DNA of 64,000 nucleotides from Candidatus Obscuribacterales bacterium (lineage in GTDB: Bacteria; Cyanobacteriota; Vampirovibrionia; Obscuribacterales; Obscuribacteraceae), in NCBI GenBank assembly GCA_965228855.1, contig CBDDIJ010000002.1, forward strand, positions 192,001-256,000. The letters are read 5' to 3'. The translations under genes and the position numbers were made by a program. A model generated the notes under the pieces. It did no database searches. It was not told the DNA's origin and saw only the letters and a program-made list of their open reading frames with translations. Each line of letters starts with the position of its first letter. Positions within the stretch are counted from its first letter, which is position 1. Shown piece after piece: positions 41,322-50,300 of the stretch.

Positions 41322-41702
41322 ATGACTCACGCAGCACAATCCACCTTTCCTCGTCGCGGCGAAATCCGGTCTTTCCAGGATGCGTCCGAGGTTCGCTTCG
41401 GCGTCGTCATCTCCGACGATGCGCGCAACGAAAAGGCGAACGACGTCCTGCTCGTTCCGCTCAAGTCGACCGCGCAGTCGCCTCAGAGCGCGTCGCTCCC
41501 GACTCCCGGTCAGCCGCTCATCCCAAGCGCTCTTTCCGGTCTGTCCAGTGACTGCCGCGCGACCTGCGCCGACATCACTCGCGTCGAGAAGAGCGACCTC
41601 CTCGATGGTCCGGTCGGCACTCTGCCCGAGGTCCACCTGATGCAGATCGTGCGCGCCATCCGGGCAGCAATCGGCGACGCCCTCGTGCACCCCGTGCACT
41701 GA
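41322..41702 (+). CDS. PemK/MazF-like endoribonuclease fold protein
   Basis: PRRGEI, RFGVVISDDARN, VLLVPL, GL..D....DITRVEKSDL...VGTL. Confidence 0.75.
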   Translation: MTHAAQSTFPRRGEIRSFQDASEVRFGVVISDDARNEKANDVLLVPLKSTAQSPQSASLPTPGQPLIPSALSGLSSDCRATCADITRVEKSDLLDGPVGTLPEVHLMQIVRAIRAAIGDALVHPVH

Positions 41703-41892
41703 GAAATCGCGGACGCTCCCGTACGCCCCGTGCACTGAGAAATTGCGGACGCGCTCTCGCGCCCCCCCGTGCACTGATAAATTGCGGACGCGCTCTCGCG
41801 CCCCCCGTGCACTGAGAAATCGCGGACGCTCTCGTACGCCCCGTGCACCGAGAAATTGCGGACGCTCTCGCGCCCCCCGGTGCATTGAGATC
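41690..41892 (+). repeat. about 5.5 tandem 36-39-bp repeats CCCCGTGCACTGAGAAATYGCGGACGC...
   Basis: The first unit overlaps the stop codon of the PemK-like gene; no unique spacers. Confidence 0.9.
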
Positions 41893-41959
41893 GCCGCGCG
41901 CTCAGGCTCGAGCCTGAGCGCAACTGATCGTTTCCACCAATAACAATAAGGAACCAATC

Positions 41960-42616
41960 ATGTTGTTCAAAGTCGATACGCTTTTTGGTCACGTCATCGA
42001 AGAAACAGCCGATGGAGCGGTTTACCGCGACGACGGCAGCAAAGTCGATGGCAACAATCTGCGCCCGTGCTTCGGGTGCAAAGCCAAGTGCCAGCCGGGC
42101 GAACACGACCCGTGCATCGCCGGTCTTCCGAACACCTTGAACGCATGCTGCGGTCACGGGCTCGAGGCCAATCCGGTGAGCGGCAGTCAACCCGGCTACG
42201 TCGGTCTCACCGACGGTCGCATCATCCGGTTCGCCGGCAACCTCGGCGGAGAGCGCATCAAAGCCGCAGTTGCTGCTGCGTGTGCCGACCAAGCGCTGCC
42301 GGAAGGATTCCAGGTCACCGAGACGGCATGGTGGGGCGGTCTGAGTCAGGACCAGGTCAACCTGGTTCATGCCAAGATCCCGCTCTACATCGCCAAGCTG
42401 GTGAAGGCCGTCTCGGGCGTAACACCGAACGCCTTTCTGAACGGCGAGGCGCCGTGGTGGGTTGAGTTGAGTGACGAACAGAAGGACCAGATCTGGGACC
42501 TGCTGAGCGCCAACCACAGCCAGTTTGTGAAACTCATTCTGGAGGCCGGTCCCGACGCCGACGCCCCGGATATGGATTTCAAGGAAACGCCGACTGCGAC
42601 AGCCACGGCAGGCTGA
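41960..42616 (+). CDS. hypothetical protein with a Cys/His-rich N-terminal motif
   Basis: RPCFGC...HDPCIAGLP...NACCGHG; AAGGA RBS. Confidence 0.75.
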   Translation: MLFKVDTLFGHVIEETADGAVYRDDGSKVDGNNLRPCFGCKAKCQPGEHDPCIAGLPNTLNACCGHGLEANPVSGSQPGYVGLTDGRIIRFAGNLGGERIKAAVAAACADQALPEGFQVTETAWWGGLSQDQVNLVHAKIPLYIAKLVKAVSGVTPNAFLNGEAPWWVELSDEQKDQIWDLLSANHSQFVKLILEAGPDADAPDMDFKETPTATATAG

Positions 42617-42639
42617 GCCAGCCGAGCTAGCTTCAACGA

Positions 42640-42670
42640 GAGTCGCCGGATGCTTTTCCGGCGACTCTTC
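42640..42670 (+). terminator. hairpin downstream of 41960-42616
   Basis: GAGTCGCCGGA-tgcttt-TCCGGCGACTC. Confidence 0.55.
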
Positions 42671-42819
42671 CTGAACAGACCGTCTACTATCTGTTGTCAT
42701 ACAGTCGACGATAAAAAAAAATCGCGACTACGTCGCCCATCAAGCCCGCAATCTCAAGTGATGCCCCTCTAGACCGCAATCTCAATCTCGAGTAATGCAC
42801 CGTCAAGCCGCACCGTTTG

Positions 42820-43270
42820 AAAAAGTGGGAAAAACAAATCACTTTTCGCCCAAAACTGATCGATTTTTGCCACATTTCCTTTTCCGAATCGAAAATCGGT
42901 GGAGCCAGACCGAATCGGCGGAAGCAAACGGAATCCGCGGAGCCGACCGGAATCGGCGGAGCTGAAACTGAGTCCGCGGAGACTGCAATCTCAAAAAGTG
43001 GCAAAAACAGATCACTTTTCGCCCAAAACTGATCGATTTTTGCCACATTTCCTTTTCCGAATCGAAAATCGGTGGAGCCAGACCGAATCGGCGGAAGCAA
43101 ACGGAATCCGCGGAGCCGACCGGAATCGGCGGAGCTGAAACTGAGTCCGCGGAGACTGCAATCTCAAAAAGTGTGGCAAAAACAGATCACTTTTCGCCCA
43201 AAACTGATCGATTTTTGCCACATTTCCTTTTCCGAATCGAAAATCCGCGGAGCTAGACCGAATCGGCGGA
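42820..43270 (+). repeat. about 2.6 tandem copies of a ~173-bp unit
   Basis: ATCACTTTTCGCCCAAAACTGATCGATTTTTGCCACATTTCC... occurs three times. Confidence 0.95.
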
Positions 43271-43348
43271 GCAGCAGCGGAAGCGCCCCAAAAGGGGGAA
43301 GGAGAGCGCGAATCAATCGCAAACTCTCCTCCCCTCAATCACTGTGGC

Positions 43349-43564
43349 TTATTCCCAGGTGTGTGGTTTGATGCACATGCACGACCACAGCTTGCGCTGG
43401 CAACCGCTGCAAAAACGATCGTACGAAGGTTCACAGGTGGTGCAAACATCCTCGTACTTCATACCGGACTTCAATTCACCACTGCAGGTAGGGCAACACT
43501 TCTTCTGGTTGTCGGCAGGGGAAGCGCTTTTAGGGTTCAAATTGGTGTTGTTGGATGCGGCCAT
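43349..43564 (-). CDS. Cys-rich microprotein (71 aa), putative Zn binder
   Basis: GAGGTG RBS; CCPTC, CTTC, CSGC, CMC. Confidence 0.6.
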   Translation of the reverse strand: MAASNNTNLNPKSASPADNQKKCCPTCSGELKSGMKYEDVCTTCEPSYDRFCSGCQRKLWSCMCIKPHTWE

Positions 43565-43974
43565 AGTCACCTCACGTTTACTTAAAATCTGCTTGAAATC
43601 GGCTGCAGAAGAGGTTTTCCAAAAACACACAACGACCGTCACTACGAATCCGAATCACAAGGACGCTCGCCGAAACACCCACCAGACATAGTACACAACC
43701 GGTTTCACGCGAAACACGATCGTTGCTGATACTCGGGCGTATGCTTGAGTGTTTAGAGATTTGAGAAGAAAAAATGCAATCAATTACTGCAACAGGTTAA
43801 ACGAACGACTCTAATACCATCAATATCAAAAGCCTGGATAACAATTGTCAGTAGCCAATTCACGCCCTAATTTGGTTAGCACGGCTAACGCAACCCGCTC
43901 CAGAAGCCACTTGACATTCACTCCTGACAAGCTCGACGAAAGCTGCGAAACAAGACGGCTCCGCAGGTGCAAAG

Positions 43975-44157
43975 GGCCCAACGAAAGCTGCATCACCTAG
44001 AACGGCTCGGCAGCTGCAACGGCCCAACGAAAGCTGCATCACCTAGAACGGCTCGGCAGCTGCAACGGCCCAACGAAAGCTGCATCACCTAGAACGGCTC
44101 GGCAGCTGCAACGGCCCAACGAAAGCTGCATCACCTAGAACGGCTCGGCAGCTGCAG
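43975..44157 (+). repeat. four essentially identical tandem 46-bp repeats with degenerate flanking copies
   Basis: GGCCCAACGAAAGCTGCATCACCTAGAACGGCTCGGCAGCTGCAAC at 43975, 44021, 44067, 44113. Confidence 0.95.
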
Positions 44158-44357
44158 CAGCTACAGCGGCCTCATCTGCATCACAAAGAACGGTCCGGCA
44201 GGTGCTGCACAGGCTCCGGCAGGTGCGAATCGGAAAAACCGATTCCATAGCCCTCAAGAAAAACAGCGGAATGGGGAATAAACCCACTCCGCTGCTCGAC
44301 ACGTTCTCAAAATCCGAAAGGCGAAATCTCCTTCTTCCCGGGAGAAACTCGCAAATT

Positions 44358-47300
44358 CTAGCGATACGCTGCCACTCTTGGGGCGAGGTACTGCTGGAAC
44401 GGTTCCTGGCTGCCGGACAAGTGCATCAGGATCGCCGAGGTCTTCATCATTCGGCTGCTTAGCTTGGCGCACTCGGGATGCGACGACGCGAAGATCGAAC
44501 GCAACGAGCTTACCGACTGAACAGCGGAGTGAACCGAGAACTCGGAAGTAAAGGCGCCGACACCATCGGCAGTGGCAACCTCATTCACATCGCGATGCAT
44601 GATCGACTCCATCGGATTGACGGCAGAATAGCTGCCCGCGCGGCGAGCACAGACAGTGGCATGGCGGCCAGGCGCGAGCGATACAGATTGCGAACCGAAG
44701 TTCACTCTGACACCTGCCCGTTTCACGTCGTGCATATCATACACCGAAGTTCCGTGACCCCCTGCCACGACGAGAACAACGGCACCCCGCGCGATTGAAA
44801 CGCGTGCGTCAGGCGTCTCGACTACCATGTCTTTCGAGGCAACGATCAGCGCTCTTCCAGACTTCAACGAATGGCTCTCGCCAACAGCTTTAGCGCCTGG
44901 GAGGTTATCGGAAATCAATTCGATCGCATTAACCTGAGCAACTTCCTCACCACCAGGAGCCAAGCGAAGGTCCGCACCTACAGCCGTTCCAGAGCCAGCG
45001 GTGGCATTCATCGTTTCAGTTGTTAAAACAATTGATGAGTTCGCGACAGCTCCGGCGAACGAGTCTAGAGGCGACAGCAGCGCCGTATTTGTCGGCTGGC
45101 TGGTTTGAGAGGTCTTAAACTGCTGGCTAGTTTGATAAGCCTGGTTGTCTAGATAGCCTTCCGCTGTCACCGACGGAACGCTCATGGTTTGGCCCCCTTC
45201 GGACGCAACAGCACTTTCAGAACTCAATGAAGGCGATTGAATCGACGCTAACGACACAGCAGCCGCGCCTCGGCTCGGCGGATCGGCTATCACCGTTACA
45301 CCACCATCAAGGATGATCTTCTTACTCGCAACGTCCGACGAGCCATTGTTGAATATGACCGCTTTGTTGATTGCCACGATGTTGGAAATAGCGCCATTAG
45401 CGATAATTCCATTATCCGGTCCCCAGAAGATCTCGCCTTTGCCTTGTATGTCAGTGTTGACATTCGCTGGCTGCGTTCCCGCAATCGGCTTCCTTGGCAA
45501 GGCGCCTATCGCGATGGTGACGTCGTCACCTTTGCCTGCTGTTTCAATAATCGAACTCGCGCCCAGTTGGATGTCGCCGGTATCTACTTGCGTGTTCTGC
45601 AGAAGGATTCCGCCATTGGTCGCAAGCAAATGCGCCGCGGAAACAACGGAAAGCCTGCTGTTGGCACCACCGGTGATGACTGAGATATCTCCATCGTCGA
45701 CAATAACATCATTGAGGATTACGCTGCCAGAGGCAGTCAGACTGGCTCCATCAACGGCATCGCTGGCCTGAACCGTAAGCGTCGCCGTTCCAACACTGGC
45801 GAGGTTAACCTTGCTGTTGGTGTGGAATTCCAGAGAGTCCGTATCGACCGAAATCGGCTTTTTACCAATCGCTCCGGTGTCGGAGTTAAACACGATCGAG
45901 TCTGCAGTGACAACCACGCCCTTAGAGCCGACAATGGCCCCCTTCAGTCCGGCATTGAGCGACAAATCCGCTGCCTGCACCGCGCTGGAGGAAGCGATGG
46001 TTATGCCGCCACCATTATTGGTGACAGTTATTCCGTCGCCCAACAACATGCCTTGCACACCATTCTTGGGTGCCTTGCTCGAGCCAAGCGTGAATGCCTT
46101 TTTGGAGTTGGAAGTCAGATTGATCGATCCATCTATTCCCGTTCCAATGCCGCTGGCATCAAGATCTCCTATGATCGCGAGCGTTCCACCTTTGGGGGCT
46201 GTTGAACCGGCCTTGAATGTGTAAGAAGCCCCGTTTGCGTTGCCAGTTCCATTTACACTGGCATCGGTTGTCGAAGCGAGAACTGAGAGGTTGCCACCGG
46301 TTTCAAAATCGATCTGACCTCCCGCTGCGTTAACGCCCGTTCCGCCAGCCGCGGAGACATCGAAGAAAACAGACCCTTTCTTAGCTTTCGGAACAGCTCC
46401 CAGGTAAGTAGCGGTTTGATCGTTTGTAAAGTATGAAACCGACCCGCCATCACCTGTAGTGGCATCAGCATTCAACACAAAGGGATTATCGACAGTGGTG
46501 TTTACCAGGACAGAATTACCGCTTACGTCAATTTGTCCACCATTGCCGGAGCCGTCGACATTGGCGACAATTCCACTAATTGCGCGCAGGTCGATAGTTC
46601 CGAATCCCGAAACTAAATCGATTGAGTGCGCAGAGAGATCTCCGCCTACCGTCAAAACGTCGGTGGCCGAGCCAAGCGTCTGAATCTCAATGGACCTGTT
46701 TCCAGCATCAATGCTGCTTACGGTGATGGAGCCGGCGCTCAAAGGACCATTCGAGATCGAACCGCTGATGGCGCTTCCGTCTTGATACACCAGAGTGCCA
46801 ACGATAAGCGGCTGAGCCGCTCTGACTACCACTCCTCCATCGACAGCCGCAGCGCCGTTGGTATCAATCGCCCCGACGACTACGCCACCTTGCCCGATGA
46901 TCTGCACATCGCCGCTAACTCCTACAGCTCCTGTAGTCGAGACACTTCCAAGACTTACGGTACCGTCGCTTGCAGTTCCGGCGGACGCTGCGGCCACCAG
47001 AGAGCCACCATTTGCACCGGAACTCGTCAGGTTGATCGTCACGTTGCCGAGGTCGATGTTTCCACCCGTCGTAGACACACCGGTCACGGTGTTCGGTCCG
47101 ACCACACGCACCTGACCCATCGTCCCAGGTGTTGAATCGAATCCGGCCAACAACGTGAGCGAACCAGCATCACCAGCGGCGCTCAGGTCGATCAAGGTCG
47201 CGCCCGTGCTAGTGATGTTTCCACTTGCAATGATGGCGAGACTCTGCCCGGTGAAGATCAAGTTGGCGGGCAGAACAACATCGCCACTGGTATTGATGAT

Positions 47301-50300
47301 GTTGTAGAAGTTCGTGTTGACGATCTTAGGATTACCGATGAAGCTCGAAACAGGCAGTTCAGTATAGGTGTACGTGGTGATGCGAACCTGATTATTGCCA
47401 ATGTAGGTAGAACCCGCTTGCAGCGTGATACTGGAGGTGGGCGTAGAAATGGCAGTGAGATCAACGTTTCCGTTAAATGTCTGAGATCCAGACAAGCTGA
47501 TATTCACATCAGAGCCGATTTGCGTTTCCACTGTAGAAGTAAACGTACCGCCGGCACCGCTCAGGGCGAGACTTCCACCAGCGAGCGAATGCAAGTTGAT
47601 GACACCACCATTGGTGTTACCGGAATTGATGTATGACGCCGTGTCGATATCGAGAAGCGTCGTTCCGGTTATCGTACCTGAGTTCGTCACGCTTTGAGCT
47701 ACGATGCTGGTCGACGGGCTCGTAATCGTTCCACTGTTCACGACATCGCCGGTCGCTCCGGCATCGATATCGATGCTCGTACTTCCGTTAACGACGGCGC
47801 CGGAATCGACGGTGACGTCTCCGCCGCTTATCGAGATAATACCGCCCGTGGCATTGGCAGAAGCCGTATACGATTCCGCCTCAATTGTCAAAGATGTGGA
47901 CCCGGACAGGGTCGCGCTGTTGGAGACGGTCTGCCCAGTGATTGACGTCACAGGACCACTGACCGCTCCTTGAAGAAGCACATCACCAGTGGCTCCAGCA
48001 TCTATATCGAGACTAACCGTTGCGGTGATGGAGCCAGTGTTTGTCACCGTGACGTCGCTGCTGTTGATGGTCACGCCACCGCCATTAGTGGCACCCGTCG
48101 TGATAAACGTTGGAGTGTTAATCTCGAGCGTGGACGAGCCGGTTAGCGTCGAATTGTTCGTAACGGTTTGCCCGGCTACTGTCGTGACAGGGCTGTTGAC
48201 CGCTCCCTGGAGCAAAACCAATCCAGTCGTTCCGCCATCGATATCGACACTTGTGGTTCCCGTGACACCCGCAACCGTGATGTTCCCGCCGTTAATCGAA
48301 ACCACACCACCAGTAGTGAGACCAGTATTCGTGAAAGATGCCGCTGCATCGATAGTTAAGGCGGTCGAACCACTTATCGTAACCGAGCTGGTGATGGTTT
48401 GACCGGCAATGGTTACAGTCGGCGCGCTTAATGCTCCTTGCAGAAAAACGTCTCCGGTTTCCGCGTCGATATCTATCAGGGAAGAGGTCGTTAACGCCCC
48501 AGTGTTTGTGACCGTTACATCCCCCCCACCAATCGTACCAAGACGAACCAAGGAGAAATTGCCCACGAGGGTGACGTCATTAGCACCCGTTCCGACCGAC
48601 AGATTGCCTCCGCCTGTCACCACAATTTCGGCGACTCCGCCAGTTCCGCCGCCAGTACTGGATGCCGACACGTCGAATCCGCTACTGGTCAAATTTCGAC
48701 CGTACAGCTCAACGATGCCACCGTTGTGTGACGCCGCTGTTGCCGTCCCGGCGTTTGCAGACAGAACAACCGTGTTAGCGATCACCAGGTCACCCGTCAA
48801 TGCAACTAACCGCAGATTCCCGCCGTTCCCTTCAGTCGCGCTCACGGAGCCAATTGCAGCTACGTTTAAACCGCCGGAGCCATCCGCTTGAATATCGATC
48901 GTTCCACCGTTACCAGAAGTCGTTCCAGCCGACACCAGAATGCTGGTGATGGCATTGCTTCCAGTCGCAGCACCGATATCGAGCGTTTCATTACTGCCAG
49001 TGCGGACAGTCACAGAACCGCCATCGCCTACCGCCAGGGCGCTTACGTCCACGTTTAAAGCGCGAACAGCACCTCCCGAAATGAGTTCTACATCGCCACC
49101 ACGGACGGTGAGATTCTGGACGAAAATATCTCCAGCCGCTAAGGCTCCGCCACGAAAATCACCGGATGTGACGCCCGCCGTCGCGGTGGAGAGAACCACT
49201 CCCGAGTTAGGCGTAGAGTTGTTGAATGAAATCAGGCCAGTGCCAGCAGCCCCAGTCAAGCCGAAACTGATGTCCGCAACGATACCGTCAGTATCACTTC
49301 CGGCAACCATAATAATGTTGCCGTTTGCGCCCGTGCCATTTCCACTTGCATTAACAGTTGCATTGTTCTGAATGTAGATATTGCCGCTGTCCTTTCCGGC
49401 CGCATCGAACGCGACGAGCGTGATGTCACCGCCAGCACCGTTGGCGGCGTTGCTGTTTGTTCTTACTTCATTGAAACCGTTCAGCGCAAGGTTCAGGTCA
49501 CCACCTGTTGTGGTAGCACCAGTTATCGTGACGTTAGTTCCGGACTGGGTAAATGTAGCGCCGGCTATCATCGTGATATTACCGCCGTCTCCGATATTGG
49601 AAGCCGCAGAGAACACGGTTCCGAAATTCCTCGAATATATGTCGCCTCCTGCGACGACAAGTATTCCCCCTGGGGCGGTTATATCCTGAGCGAGATCACC
49701 GAACTCACCACCATAGAGAATCGTGGCAGTCGCGCCTTGCCCGACCGTAATCTCATCTATAAAAGCGAGTCCATTCGTAATCGCTCCACCTCTGAAGGTA
49801 CCCGACGTGATGGACTGCGTATTCTTAGAGATCACCACGTTTCCGAGTGGCTGGGCGGTCGCGGCATAGAAGTTTCCGGTCCCTACCGTACTTGCTCCCG
49901 TCGTATCAAAAACGCCTCGAATTCCGATACCATAAAATCCGTTATTCTGACCCGCGATGAACGAGATGTCGCCGTTAGAGCCAGTGCCGTTACCGCCTGT
50001 TGTAATAACGGTGTCTTCGAAATCCGTTGCAACATATCCACCACCGATATTACTTCCCCGATACGCAATGAACGTGACATCGCCACCCGATCCGTTGGCA
50101 GCGGAACTCGAGGTATCAACGATTCCGAGCGAATTTCCAACCCCAGGGTCGTCGTTATCGAGGTAAATAAAACCACCAATAGCGGAAGCGCCCGTTATAG
50201 TTATGTTATTAGCGTCCTGCGTGAAGTTCGCACCAGCAATCACAAAGACATTACCGCCATCTCCGCTTGCGCTCGAAGTGTCGATGTCGGTCTGCGTCGG

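Noticed and set aside
41690..41892. Possible CRISPR array (36-39-bp period)
   Set aside because: The inter-repeat segments are short variants of one sequence, not spacers.
42687..43371. Several short ORFs with repeated peptides
   Set aside because: By-products of the 173-bp tandem repeat in multiple frames; no RBS or codon bias.
43975..44157. Possible CRISPR array (46-bp repeats)
   Set aside because: Head-to-tail repeats with no unique spacers and no cas genes in the window.
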